DNA of 64,000 nucleotides. Origin: an uncultured Desulfovibrio sp. (lineage in GTDB: Bacteria > Desulfobacterota > Desulfovibrionia > Desulfovibrionales > Desulfovibrionaceae). Positions 18,402 to 28,030 of this stretch are shown here, one piece after another. Position numbers and translations under genes: made by a program. The stretch spans positions 18,470 to 82,469 of the forward strand of contig NZ_CALUYG010000004.1 of assembly GCF_944324935.1 (NCBI RefSeq), given 5' to 3'. The notes below the pieces were generated by a model. The model worked only from the letters and a program-made list of their open reading frames with translations, made no database searches and was not told the origin of the DNA. Each line of letters starts with the position of its first letter. The first letter of the stretch is position 1.

Positions 18402-19784
18402 ATGGCATTTGCAGACTTTCAGACAAAACAGAAGCAGAACAAGCAAAAATCTATCATTCGGGATTACTTCACCAAACGGAATGGACAGCTTCTCTGCCTT
18501 TCGGATGACCCGACCATTTTGAGCCTGCTGCGCGCCACTGTGAAGGAAATGGGCTTACCGGCCTCTGAACTCGTCGTCTTCGTTCCTGATCCGAGCAAGC
18601 TGCTCAAGGCCATCACGGATTCCTTCGCCGCGCACAAGCGGCCGGCGCTTTTTATCGAAAGCGTTATGAGCGGCTCCGGGGAGACGAGCTTCATGGTACG
18701 CCAGTTCAAGGAAAGCTTTCCCGATCTGCGTATCTTTGCCATGACGACGTCGTCCGAAAAGGCGCGTATCATGCTGCTGTATGAATCCGGCGCCGACAAC
18801 TTCATCCTCAAGCCCATAAGCAGTATCGATCTCATCGACAAGATGGCCGTCACCCTGCGCGAGCCGAGCACCATCCGGCAGCTGCTCGACAAGGCGCGCA
18901 AGTTCGTCATCAAGAACGTGGGGAGCGAAGCCATCAAGATTACGCAAGGGGTGCTCAAGGTCAAGCCGGACAGCGCCTCAGGCTATGTCGTGCTGGGGGA
19001 CGCGCTGCGTGTTTCCGGCAACAGGGACAAGGCCCAGATCGCCTACGAGCGGGCCTGCAAGTATTCGCAAGATTATCTGGAGCCGCTGCAAAAGCTGGTG
19101 GATCTCGCCAAGGAAGACGGCAAGACCGATATGCAGCTTGAATATCTCAAGCGGCTTGACGAATTGTCCCCCATGAACGCCCAGCGCAAGGTGGAGATGG
19201 CCGAGCTGCAGATGGAAATGGGCAACATGGACGAGGCCAAGAAGCTTTTTGACGGCGCCGTCAATCGTGCCTACAAGAACGCCATGCAGCAGGTGGCGCT
19301 TATGTCGGAAAAGATCGCCATGTCCCTGCAGGACAAGGATCCGGCCCAGGCGGAGAAGTATCTCCGCAAGTGTCTTGAACTCAAGGGCAAGGATCTGACG
19401 GCCGATGACCTGACGACCTTCAATCAGCTGGGGATCTGCCTGCGCAAGCAGGGGAGGTGGCTTGACGCCATCGTGGAATACAAGCGCGCCCTGCAGATCG
19501 CGCCCAACTCCAGCGAGCTTTACTACAATATCGCCATGGCCCATGCCGAAGGCAAGGAGTATGAAAACGCCAACCGTTTCATGCTCAAGGCGCTGGCGCT
19601 CAATTCCAGCCTGCCCCGGACATCGCCTGTCGTGGCCTACAATATGGCCCAGGTCCTCTCGCTGGGCTACAGCAAGGACAAGGCCAAGCAGGCGGCGGAG
19701 ATCGCCCTTGAGCTTGATCCCGACTATGAACCGGCCAAGAAGCTGCTGGCTCAGATGAAGGCGGCGGAGAGCGGCGCGGCCTAG
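18402..19784 (+). CDS. Atypical receiver domain plus TPR repeat protein
   Basis: LLCLSDD, IFAMTT and GADNFILKP receiver motifs followed by multiple TPRs (FNQLGICLRKQGRWLDAIVEYKRALQIAP). Confidence 0.85.
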   Translation: MAFADFQTKQKQNKQKSIIRDYFTKRNGQLLCLSDDPTILSLLRATVKEMGLPASELVVFVPDPSKLLKAITDSFAAHKRPALFIESVMSGSGETSFMVRQFKESFPDLRIFAMTTSSEKARIMLLYESGADNFILKPISSIDLIDKMAVTLREPSTIRQLLDKARKFVIKNVGSEAIKITQGVLKVKPDSASGYVVLGDALRVSGNRDKAQIAYERACKYSQDYLEPLQKLVDLAKEDGKTDMQLEYLKRLDELSPMNAQRKVEMAELQMEMGNMDEAKKLFDGAVNRAYKNAMQQVALMSEKIAMSLQDKDPAQAEKYLRKCLELKGKDLTADDLTTFNQLGICLRKQGRWLDAIVEYKRALQIAPNSSELYYNIAMAHAEGKEYENANRFMLKALALNSSLPRTSPVVAYNMAQVLSLGYSKDKAKQAAEIALELDPDYEPAKKLLAQMKAAESGAA

Positions 19785-20112
19785 GGTCTGTTTGTGTAGA
19801 TTTTGTGAACAATTTCAATACATAAGTGAAAACAAGCTGTGCATGCCCCGCGTGTCTTTTGGGGCGGGCTTGTCGCGTGTTCCCGACTTTTCCCCGGTAA
19901 AAGCGCGCTGGGGAAGGAATGAGGGAAGACGGGGGCTTCCTTGTGTCAACTTTCGTTTGACAATCTGCCGGGGAACCCCTCCCGCACCGGCGGCGACCGA
20001 AAGGCGGCCCGCAGGGCCGTGCCTGTCAGGCCGTAAGGCCTTACAGGCATCGACAGCAGAGCGAGGGCTTCCCCTTCTCCCCAAGCAGACAGCGAATAGT
20101 GCTAACCTGGTC
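19784..20112. mobile_element. MITE-like family A, copy A2 (degenerate, with internal expansion)
   Basis: Shares TTCCCCGGTAAAAGCGCGCTGGGGAAGG and ACAATTTCAATA with the reverse complement of A1; right end CCAAGCAGACAGCGAATAGTGCTAACCTGGTC resembles the A1 end. Confidence 0.65.
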
Positions 20113-20136
20113 TGGCTTTTTCATCCAGCCACGTCC

Positions 20137-20171
20137 GCAGCCCCGGCCTCCACAGAGGTCGGGGCTGCTTT
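20137..20171 (+). terminator. Strong hairpin, probable terminator
   Basis: GCAGCCCCGGCCTC-CACA-GAGGTCGGGGCTGC then TTT. Confidence 0.55.
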
Positions 20172-20483
20172 GCTGAAGCGCACCGCTGTTCCTCGAGCTG
20201 GCTGCGGAATGCGCGCCAACTGCCGTTCATGCACGCCCAGGCCGTGTATGGCGGGCCGGAAGACGCTCCATCGGGTTGCCGAGCGGTCATCCCGCTTCCC
20301 TTCCGGCTCGGCGGCTCCCGGGGCAGGACGCTCATCACGCCTGCGGCAAGGACGTCCGTTTCCGTGTGGTGTCGTGGAGAAAACAGCCTGGGGGCCGTAC
20401 AGTCTCGTTGATGTTTCCGAGGCCTGCGAAAAAAAAGTTTCCGCGTACGGACGACACGCTTCCGCTTACTGGGGCAGGCAAAC

Positions 20484-20514
20484 AAAAATGCCGCCAGAGC
20501 ATGTCCGGCGGCAT
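20484..20514 (-). terminator. Terminator of the membrane-protein gene
   Basis: ATGCCGCC/GGCGGCAT stem with TTTTT on the minus strand. Confidence 0.6.
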
Positions 20515-20540
20515 CCACAGCTTCAGGCTGGAGTACTGGC

Positions 20541-21494
20541 TCAGGGCAGGGGCGTCCAGCTGCTCAGTCCCATGAAGAAGGGGAGCGTGAACAGACAGCT
20601 CAGCACCAGGCTGAGGCTCAACCCGATCTTGTGGCGCAGGGGGGTGGTGCTGCGCGCCGCCATGAACCAGAGCAGCACGGGCACAAGCCAGAGCAGTACC
20701 CGTATGCCGGCCGTCACGCCATCAGCCGGCGTGAACATTTGGGCCTGCACCAGCCGAAAAACTTCGAGACCGCTGGCGGCAAGCAGCAGCAGCCAGAGTA
20801 CGCCCCAGGCATTGCGCGCCCAGGCCGCGCACCAGGGAAGCACGGTATTGTAATGATCCCGGCCGAAGTCGTCCTTCTTGCGGCGCAGCAGCAGCCAGAC
20901 ACAGCCGAAGGCGGCGGGCATGGCCAGCAGCAGGAAGGGGATGTAGCACAGACTTGTGGCGTAATCCGTTCCCCAGACGGGCATCAGCGCTTGCGGCAGG
21001 GTGATGCCCGCTTCTTCCGCTTGCGGAAGGCTGGCGACGGCGGCGATGCGCAGGCAGACCAGGACGAGCAGCAGGGCCAGTATTCCTTGCAACGCGCTGA
21101 TGATGCCCACGCCGATATGGATGCCGGGATACTGCGCCAGCGTCTTCCACAAGAGAAAGTAGATGCAGCTGAAGATGACCGAAAGGCCAAGCACCAGCCA
21201 GCTGACTTCATGGATCGTTATCAGGGTGCTCCCGCCGGGTATGTCCTTCTCAAGAAAATAGAGCCAGACGCGACCGCCCACGAGCAGCGTCCACCCCAGA
21301 CCCTGGCCGAGCATGGACAATTGCATGGCGCATTTGCCATAAAAGCCGCGCCGCCGCAGCAGGGAGAGCACCTCCCCGGATACAGCCAGGATGCTGATGC
21401 CGCAGAAGGCAAAGAGCATCGACAGTGGAATGATGATGGCCGCCATATCCAGAATATTTTGCAAAACAGGATTATCGGCAAAGAAAGCCTGCAT
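20541..21494 (-). CDS. Polytopic membrane protein of unknown function
   Basis: About 8 hydrophobic segments and a polar RRKKDDFGRDHY loop; start reassigned to ATG 21494. Confidence 0.75.
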   Translation of the reverse strand: MQAFFADNPVLQNILDMAAIIIPLSMLFAFCGISILAVSGEVLSLLRRRGFYGKCAMQLSMLGQGLGWTLLVGGRVWLYFLEKDIPGGSTLITIHEVSWLVLGLSVIFSCIYFLLWKTLAQYPGIHIGVGIISALQGILALLLVLVCLRIAAVASLPQAEEAGITLPQALMPVWGTDYATSLCYIPFLLLAMPAAFGCVWLLLRRKKDDFGRDHYNTVLPWCAAWARNAWGVLWLLLLAASGLEVFRLVQAQMFTPADGVTAGIRVLLWLVPVLLWFMAARSTTPLRHKIGLSLSLVLSCLFTLPFFMGLSSWTPLP

Positions 21495-21802
21495 ATGACC
21501 GCCCTTGTCTCGCTGGTGTGAAAGAAGGAAAGCGCACACGCTGTCGTGCGGCATCGCACAAAAGAGTATAGAGGCGTTGTGCCTGAAAAAACGTATCGCC
21601 GCAAGGGGCAGACAGGGGGCTGTCAAAAAAATAAAGAAATTGTCGAATTTTTTTCTGGAAAATGGGCCGGACGGCAGGTAAAGGCTTGCCTTGCCGGGAA
21701 AAATTTTTTATTTTTTACTGGAAGAACACCTCATTGGGCCGAGGATGTTTAAGGTAAAACATGAGGTTTTATTTTTCCTGATGAAGAGGAGTGTGGGGAA
21801 AA

Positions 21803-22963
21803 ATGAATAAATTGACAGCCTTGTCGTTGGCATGTCTTGTTTTTTCCAGCGGCTGCGGCTACCGTCAGCTGGAAGATGCGACGGTGGAGAATCGGACTGG
21901 CGTGCTGGAAAATTCGCAACGGATCTCCCAGCTTGCACAGCGTGTGGATTCTCTTGATCGCCGTCTCACGACGTTGAGCGAAACGACGTACGAAGTGCGT
22001 ACCCGTCGTGGCGGAAAGACGTCCATGGTGGCTGTCCCTGTTTACAACCCGACCCCGAGCGAACTGCGCAACCCCGGGGGGGAACCTGCCGCCCCGGCCC
22101 CGGCCGCTCAGCAGGATAAGGCCAAGGCGGAAGCTCCGGCGTCGCGGGTGATCGATCCGGCCAGCAAACCGGCTCCTTTCCCCGGGGCTTCCTCCGGTGC
22201 GGCGCGCCGTCCTGCCGCACAGCGGCGTGCGCCTGCCACTCCGGCTCCGGCCCCGGTCGCAAAGCCGCAGGAACCGGCGGACGCCTCCGCTCTTGGCATG
22301 CCGCCGGCGACGGCTCCCGCCACGCTGCCCGCCGCCACGCCCGCTCCCGCGGCTCCGACGCCGGCTCCGGCCGCTGCGCCTGAAGTCCGGCAGCCTGCGC
22401 CCTCGCCTGCGTCGGTGACGCCCGGCACGCCGGCTTCCCGCAGGGGAGATGCGACGGTACCGGTGCCGCAGCTGCCCAGCATCAACGGCACGCCGCAGCC
22501 TGCTCAGGGGTCGCCCGCCGCAACCATGCCGGCCGTGCAGCCTCAGCCGTACCCCGCCACCACGCCCGCTCCGGCCATCTCCTCTTCTCCCCGGACGGAG
22601 AATGCCGAATATCAGGCCGCTTTGCAGGTGGTGCGCAGCGGTCGTACGGAGGAGGGCATCCAGCGTTTCCGTCAGTTCCTCCAGCAGTATCCGCAGGGCA
22701 AGCTTGCTCCCAATGCCGAGTACTGGATCGGCGAAGCTCTGTACTCGCAAGGAAAGCTTCAGGAAGCGCTGGGGCAGTTCCAGGCGGTGAGCTCCCGCTA
22801 TCCCGCGCATCATAAGAGCGCCGACGCCATGCTCAAGGCCGGTATGACCATGAGCCGTCTGGGCGATCAGCAGGGGGCACGCCAGCAGTATCAGCAGGTG
22901 CTTGCACTCTTCCCCAAGTCCGAAGCGGCGGGCAAGATCCGGTCCAGCGGCATCGGCCGCTGA
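21803..22963 (+). CDS. cpoB: Tol-Pal-associated CpoB/YbgF-like TPR lipoprotein
   Basis: Lipobox-like FSSGC, coiled coil, Pro/Ala linker, FLQQYPQGKLAPNAEYWIGEALY and HHKSADAMLKAG. Confidence 0.8.
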   Translation: MNKLTALSLACLVFSSGCGYRQLEDATVENRTGVLENSQRISQLAQRVDSLDRRLTTLSETTYEVRTRRGGKTSMVAVPVYNPTPSELRNPGGEPAAPAPAAQQDKAKAEAPASRVIDPASKPAPFPGASSGAARRPAAQRRAPATPAPAPVAKPQEPADASALGMPPATAPATLPAATPAPAAPTPAPAAAPEVRQPAPSPASVTPGTPASRRGDATVPVPQLPSINGTPQPAQGSPAATMPAVQPQPYPATTPAPAISSSPRTENAEYQAALQVVRSGRTEEGIQRFRQFLQQYPQGKLAPNAEYWIGEALYSQGKLQEALGQFQAVSSRYPAHHKSADAMLKAGMTMSRLGDQQGARQQYQQVLALFPKSEAAGKIRSSGIGR

Positions 22964-22975
22964 GTTGAGCAGGCA

Positions 22976-24331
22976 TTGTCAGAGAAAAGCATAACGTACT
23001 GTCCGCAGTGGCAGAATCTGGACGAGGCTGGTCGCAAGGAATATTGGGCCAGCCTCGCCTTGCGTCATTGCCGGGGAGTCGGTCCGCGGACGCAGGCGTC
23101 GCTTCTGAAGCGTTTCGGCAGCGCCTACCAGGCTTTGCAGCAGCTTGATCAGTGGCGCAAGGCGGGAAAGCGCTCGTCTGTCGCCGTCGAAATGGCCTCC
23201 GGCTCATGGCGGACGACGGCAAGGCGGGAATGGGACGCCGCGCGCCGTCTGTCTGCCGGTATCCTGCTCTGGAGCGATCCACTGTATCCGGCTTGTCTCC
23301 GAACCCTGCCGGATGCGCCCATACTGCTGTACTGCCGGGGGGATGTGAGTCTGTTGCGCGCTCCCTGCGTCGCGGTGGTCGGTGCGCGCAAGGCGTCGGC
23401 GCAGGGGCGCAGGGTGGCCGCCCATATGGCCCGCTGTCTTGCGGCCTGCGGCATCAGCATCGTTTCGGGCATGGCGCAGGGGATCGACGCCAGCGCCCAT
23501 GACGCCGCCCTGCGCGAGATAGGCCGCAGCATCGGCGTGCTGGGAACGGGGATCGACCGTATCTATCCGCAGCGCAACGCCGAGCTTTTTGCCCGCATGG
23601 ATCGGGAAGGCGGCTTGCTGCTGTCCGAATTCGCTCCGGGGACGCCCCCCTTGCCCGAAAATTTTCCTGTTCGCAACCGCATCATCAGCGGGCTTTCACT
23701 GGGCATCCTCGTGGTGGAGGCGGCCACGCGCTCCGGCAGCCTGATCACGGCCCGGACGGCGCTGGAACAAAACAGGGAAGTCTATGCCGTTCCCGGTCCG
23801 GCCCTGGATGAGCAATGCTGCGGCGCACAGGAGCTGATCCGTCAGGGGGCCCGTCCCGTGTTCGCCGCTGAGGATATCTTGCGCGATCTTCTCGAGCGCC
23901 TGCGCCCGTACGGCATCGAGCATCCCGTCCTTGACGAGCAGGCTTTGCGGCATGCCATGACTGAGGAAGCGCGCCGGAAAGCGGAAAGCGACGAAAAGGG
24001 GGCAGCCGCGCAGGAGACGCCTGTCCCGTCCTTGGAGAACGCATCGTCTGCCGGGCCTGCCGGACAGTCGTTGCACCGGGAGCGGACAGCGACCGTGGAA
24101 GGGCAGCCGGGAGAGCGCGCGGACATCGTTGCCGCGGAGCCGCAGGCTGCCGCGCCTGAGGGCGAGGCGGCCGAAGCGTTCAGGCTTCTGCAGGAGGGAC
24201 CGCTCCATGTGGATGATCTGGCGGCGCGTCTGCATGTGCGTCCGGCCAGTCTGGCCGCGCTGCTGTTGCAGCTGGAGCTTGCCGGGCGGGTGCGGCGACT
24301 GCCCGGTGCGCGCTATGAGGCGCTGGCATGA
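22976..24331 (+). CDS. dprA: DNA-processing protein DprA
   Basis: VAVVGARKAS, IVSGMAQGID, LLSEFAPG, NFPVRNRIISGLS, VVEAATRSGSLITA. Confidence 0.95.
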   Translation: MSEKSITYCPQWQNLDEAGRKEYWASLALRHCRGVGPRTQASLLKRFGSAYQALQQLDQWRKAGKRSSVAVEMASGSWRTTARREWDAARRLSAGILLWSDPLYPACLRTLPDAPILLYCRGDVSLLRAPCVAVVGARKASAQGRRVAAHMARCLAACGISIVSGMAQGIDASAHDAALREIGRSIGVLGTGIDRIYPQRNAELFARMDREGGLLLSEFAPGTPPLPENFPVRNRIISGLSLGILVVEAATRSGSLITARTALEQNREVYAVPGPALDEQCCGAQELIRQGARPVFAAEDILRDLLERLRPYGIEHPVLDEQALRHAMTEEARRKAESDEKGAAAQETPVPSLENASSAGPAGQSLHRERTATVEGQPGERADIVAAEPQAAAPEGEAAEAFRLLQEGPLHVDDLAARLHVRPASLAALLLQLELAGRVRRLPGARYEALA

Positions 24332-25413
24332 CGAGGGGGCGGCGCAAAAGCGGAGGAGCCTCCCCGCAGGAAGCCGGGCAACTCTGCCGCGCTCCGGCGG
24401 AGAGCGGGCAGACGAAGTCCGTCGGGGCGGCGGATGACCGGCAGCGGGAGGCGATGCTGGCTTCCTATCTTCTGTGGCTGGAGACGCAGCGTGGACTTTC
24501 GGCGGCGACGGTGCGGGCCTATCTGACCGATGTGCGGCAGTTCGCGGATTTTCTCGTCGAGCAGGGAGGCAGCCCGGAAGGGCTGTGCGACGCCGGCAGG
24601 CGGGATGTCCAGGCCTTTCTGGCCGAGCTCTTCCGCCGGGGCGAAGCCAGATCCTCCATGTCGCGCAAGCTGGCTGCCCTGCGCAGTTTTTTTCACTATG
24701 CGCTGCGTTCCCGTCTGGTGAAGGAAAACCCGGCAAAAGCCGTCCGCAACCCCCGGCAGGAAAGCTACCAGCCGCGCGTGCTCAATGTCGATGAGATCTT
24801 TGCCGTGCTGGATGCCGAAGCCGGTACGGACGGTGACCCTTTGCGGCATTCGCGGGACAGGGCGCTGGCCGAACTGCTCTACGGTTCGGGCCTGCGCATT
24901 GCCGAAGCCCTGGGCCTCGATGTGGACGATGTGCAGCTGGCGGCAGGCGTCGTGCGCGTCATGGGCAAGGGAAATCGTGAGCGTCTGGCGCCGCTGTCCG
25001 ACAGTTGCGTGCCGGCATTGCGGGAATGGCTGGATGATCGTCCATTGCTGGCGGCGGACGGGGAAACGGCCCTCTTTGTGGGGATACGCGGCGGCAGGCG
25101 GATGCAGCGGCGGGAAGCCGTGCGCAGTATGGATCGTCTGGGCAGTCTGGCCGGTGTGACCAGGCATTTTTCGCCGCATGCCCTGCGGCACTCCTTTGCC
25201 ACCCATCTGCTGGACGGCGGGGCCGATCTGCGCAGCGTGCAGGAATTGCTTGGGCATCGTCGCCTGACGACGACGCAGCGATACACGCAGGTCAGCCTTG
25301 AGCACCTGATGCGCGTGTATGATGCCGCCCATCCCAAGGCCCGGCCCGGCGCGCAGGATACGCCGGAGGCAGCCGCACCGGGAGGCGCGCCCCCGGAAGA
25401 GGACAAGCCGTAG
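24328..25413 (+). CDS. xerC: Chromosomal tyrosine recombinase XerC
   Basis: ELLYGSGLRIAE, GKGNRER, PHALRHSFATHLLDGGADLRSVQELLGH...TTQRY; follows dprA. Confidence 0.9.
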   Translation: MTRGRRKSGGASPQEAGQLCRAPAESGQTKSVGAADDRQREAMLASYLLWLETQRGLSAATVRAYLTDVRQFADFLVEQGGSPEGLCDAGRRDVQAFLAELFRRGEARSSMSRKLAALRSFFHYALRSRLVKENPAKAVRNPRQESYQPRVLNVDEIFAVLDAEAGTDGDPLRHSRDRALAELLYGSGLRIAEALGLDVDDVQLAAGVVRVMGKGNRERLAPLSDSCVPALREWLDDRPLLAADGETALFVGIRGGRRMQRREAVRSMDRLGSLAGVTRHFSPHALRHSFATHLLDGGADLRSVQELLGHRRLTTTQRYTQVSLEHLMRVYDAAHPKARPGAQDTPEAAAPGGAPPEEDKP

Positions 25414-25635
25414 GCGCTCGGGCGCGCCATCCGGCCAGGGACTGGACACGGCAGAGCGCCGGGGGGCAGTCTCTCTGCTGCTGGGCGTGCGCCGGTAGCA
25501 GGGCCAGCCGTCCGCCGGCTTGCGGGATTTGCAATCCGCGGCAAAATATTGCAAAGACGTGGAACGGGCGAGCGCTCTTGCCCGGCGAAAGTCACATATC
25601 ACCGTTCCCTGCGGGGAGCGTTGCAAGGAGTCATC

Positions 25636-26553
25636 ATGTCCGCATACGTTCTTGGTCATCTGCACCCTGATACCGACAGCATCATTTCCGCCATTGCCGC
25701 CGCTGACTTGTATGCCAAGCGGGGGCTGGACGTCGTTCCGGCCGCGCAGGGCAAGCCGGCTCCTGAAACGGCTTTTGTTCTGGAGCGTTTTGGACTGACG
25801 GCGCCGCAGATTGTGGAGGACGTTGCCGGCCGGGAAGTGTATCTCGTGGATTATTCCGATCTTGGGCAGGCCCCCAGGGGAATGGACAGCGCAACGGTCA
25901 TGGGCATCGTGGATCACCACAAGCTCGGCGACATCACGACATCCCTCCCTCTGGAGGCCTGGATCTGGCCCGTGGGCTGCACCAATACGGTGCTTACCAA
26001 TATGTACGAATTCTATGGCATCGAGATCCCGCGCAGCATCGCCGGCGGCATGCTGTGCGCCATTCTTTCCGATACCGTCATGTTCAAGTCGCCCACCAGT
26101 ACGGAAGCGGACAGGAAGGCTGTGGAAAAGCTGGCCGCCATTGCCGGCGTGGATGATGTGATGGTGCTGGGGATGGATATGTTCCGCGTCAAGAGCGCCG
26201 TGGACGGCGCCAGCATGCAGGACCTCGTCTTCCGTGATTTCAAGGATTTCGATATGAGCGGCAAAAAGGTCGGCATCGGACAGCTGGAAGTGGTGGACCT
26301 TTCCCTGCTGGATGGCGTCAAGGACGGACTCAAGCAGGAGATCGCCCGCATCAAGGCTGACGGGCGGCACAGCGTCTTCCTGCTGCTGACCGACATTATG
26401 AAGGAAGGTTCGGAACTGCTGTTCGTTTCTGATGATCCGTCCGTGGTGGAAAAGGCCTTCGGCGTGCCCCTCTCCGGCGATACGGTCTGGCTGGATGGCG
26501 TCATGAGCCGCAAGAAGCAGGTCGTGCCGAATTTTGAAAAGGCTTTCAAGTAA
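25636..26553 (+). CDS. ppaC: Mn-dependent (family II) inorganic pyrophosphatase
   Basis: GHLHPDTDSI, LVD, VDHH, AILSDTVMFKSPT, SRKKQVVP; AAGGAG RBS. Confidence 0.95.
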   Translation: MSAYVLGHLHPDTDSIISAIAAADLYAKRGLDVVPAAQGKPAPETAFVLERFGLTAPQIVEDVAGREVYLVDYSDLGQAPRGMDSATVMGIVDHHKLGDITTSLPLEAWIWPVGCTNTVLTNMYEFYGIEIPRSIAGGMLCAILSDTVMFKSPTSTEADRKAVEKLAAIAGVDDVMVLGMDMFRVKSAVDGASMQDLVFRDFKDFDMSGKKVGIGQLEVVDLSLLDGVKDGLKQEIARIKADGRHSVFLLLTDIMKEGSELLFVSDDPSVVEKAFGVPLSGDTVWLDGVMSRKKQVVPNFEKAFK

Positions 26554-26600
26554 GGTTTTGCGACAAGGCCGTCGCGCAAGCGTCGTATGGTTTCAGGCGA

Positions 26601-26636
26601 AAGCCTCTCGCTGTTTCAGGCGGGAGGCTTTTTTTT
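26601..26636 (+). terminator. Terminator after ppaC
   Basis: AAGCCTCTCGC/GCGGGAGGCTT stem plus a T run. Confidence 0.75.
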
Positions 26637-26664
26637 GTGCGTGAGGGGGGGCCTGGCGGAGGGG

Positions 26665-27636
26665 TCAGCCGAAGAATGCCCAACGCCAGGCAAGCAGCGG
26701 CAGCAGCAGGGACAGCAGCCAGGCAACGAGCTGGGGGATTTGCCATGCCGGGGCAAAGCGGTCTTGTGCGCCTTCCAGCATGCCAAGCAAAAAGCCCGCC
26801 CCAAAGCCGCAACAGTGGGCAAGATAATCCACATCTTCGTTGCCTGTCCCCAGCAGGGAGATGAGCGCCATGCCCGCCGCCAGCGGGAGGAGCGCCTTTT
26901 TGCGCTGTGAGAGCGTCGCCACGCCGCTAAGTGCGCCAAGGGCCGCAAAGACAGCCGTGGAGAACCCCAGGCTGATGAAGGCATGCTGGCGGAAAAGATA
27001 GTTGGCCACATTGCCGAGGCTGCCCCCCAGCAGGCAGATCAGCAGCGCGCGTCCCGCACCGGCGGCGCGCGCCAGCAGCGGCAGGAAGATCAGGCCGAAG
27101 AGGACGTTGCCCCAGAGATGGGGGGCGTCCTGATGCAGGGTCAGAGCCGTTACGAAACGGTAGTATTCTTCGTGGACGGCGATACGGGCGCTGTCAAGTT
27201 CCCCCAGGCGGTCCCAGCTGGCGGCATCCGGCCAGGGAAAGGGGCAGCGCCACCAGCCTTCACGCCAGCCATGCCAGAGAACAAGGAAGAGGGGGAGCAG
27301 GGCGGTCCAGCCTGTATGCGCGTGCGCCGGCAGGGAGGGCGGCGCAGATGGAGGCGTGCGCGCCTCCCGGGAAAAGGCTGCCAGCTCGTAGCGGGCGATG
27401 CCTTCATACAGCGGAGGGACGTACAGATGCTCCCGGCCGGAAAACTTGTCAAACCGGTAGGGGATGTCGCGCGCGCTGAACAGCAGTTCCCAGTCGCGTT
27501 TCTGGAGATAGTCGACAAAGCCCCGGGGCGGAGTAAGGCGACACCAGAAAGCCGGCAGGGCTGGGGGACGCCGGCGCAGGCGATAGCGGCGGGGGCGTTG
27601 GATCGTTCGCACAGGAAGGGCGCAGGAGTCGGCCAC
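26665..27636 (-). CDS. Rhomboid-family intramembrane serine protease
   Basis: YRFVTALTLHQDAPHLWGN, SLGFSTAVF (catalytic Ser), YLAHCCGF (catalytic His); start uncertain. Confidence 0.8.
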   Translation of the reverse strand: MADSCALPVRTIQRPRRYRLRRRPPALPAFWCRLTPPRGFVDYLQKRDWELLFSARDIPYRFDKFSGREHLYVPPLYEGIARYELAAFSREARTPPSAPPSLPAHAHTGWTALLPLFLVLWHGWREGWWRCPFPWPDAASWDRLGELDSARIAVHEEYYRFVTALTLHQDAPHLWGNVLFGLIFLPLLARAAGAGRALLICLLGGSLGNVANYLFRQHAFISLGFSTAVFAALGALSGVATLSQRKKALLPLAAGMALISLLGTGNEDVDYLAHCCGFGAGFLLGMLEGAQDRFAPAWQIPQLVAWLLSLLLPLLAWRWAFFG

Positions 27637-27664
27637 AAAAAAACCCCGGCATTGCTGCCGGGGT
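27637..27664 (-). terminator. Terminator after rpmB
   Basis: ACCCCGGCA/TGCCGGGGT stem with T7 on the minus strand. Confidence 0.75.
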
Positions 27665-27685
27665 CTGCATGACAGGGGGCAACGC

Positions 27686-27901
27686 CTAGGCGTCAGCCTT
27701 CTTGCTGGCGACCGGCTTGGTGACTGCACCGGAGCGGATGCAGCGGGTGCAGACAGAAAGGGTGCAGACGGTACCGTCGGCAAACTGATGACGCACGCGC
27801 TGGAGGTTCGGGTTGAACCGGCGCTTGGTCTTGATGTTGGAATGACTCACAAGATTGCCGACCTGGGGCTTTTTGCCGCAGAAAGCGCATTCTTTGCTCA
27901 T
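27686..27901 (-). CDS. rpmB: 50S ribosomal protein L28
   Basis: [34 protein letters not shown]...VCTRCIRSG; GGAGG RBS. Confidence 0.97.
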   Translation of the reverse strand: MSKECAFCGKKPQVGNLVSHSNIKTKRRFNPNLQRVRHQFADGTVCTLSVCTRCIRSGAVTKPVASKKADA

Positions 27902-28001
27902 GGTATCCTCCGTATATACAGAAAAACTGAAGTTACAGAACTGTCCGGTCTTGCCGTCGGAGTCATGGCGCAACGGGGATACCATGACCTTGCAAGGCGT
28001 G

Positions 28002-28030
28002 TATATAGGGGAAGTTGCGTAAAAAGGCAA
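28002..28030 (-). promoter_or_regulatory. Candidate sigma70 promoter of rpmB
   Basis: TTGCCT-N17-TATATA on the minus strand. Confidence 0.6.

Noticed and set aside
22080-22600. Repetitive CCGGCTCCGGCC-type units in cpoB
   Set aside because: An ordinary Pro/Ala linker with no fixed-period tandem array
24328-25413. Tyrosine recombinase as a mobile-element integrase
   Set aside because: Host-like GC, dprA adjacency and XerC-type motifs; no att repeats or cargo
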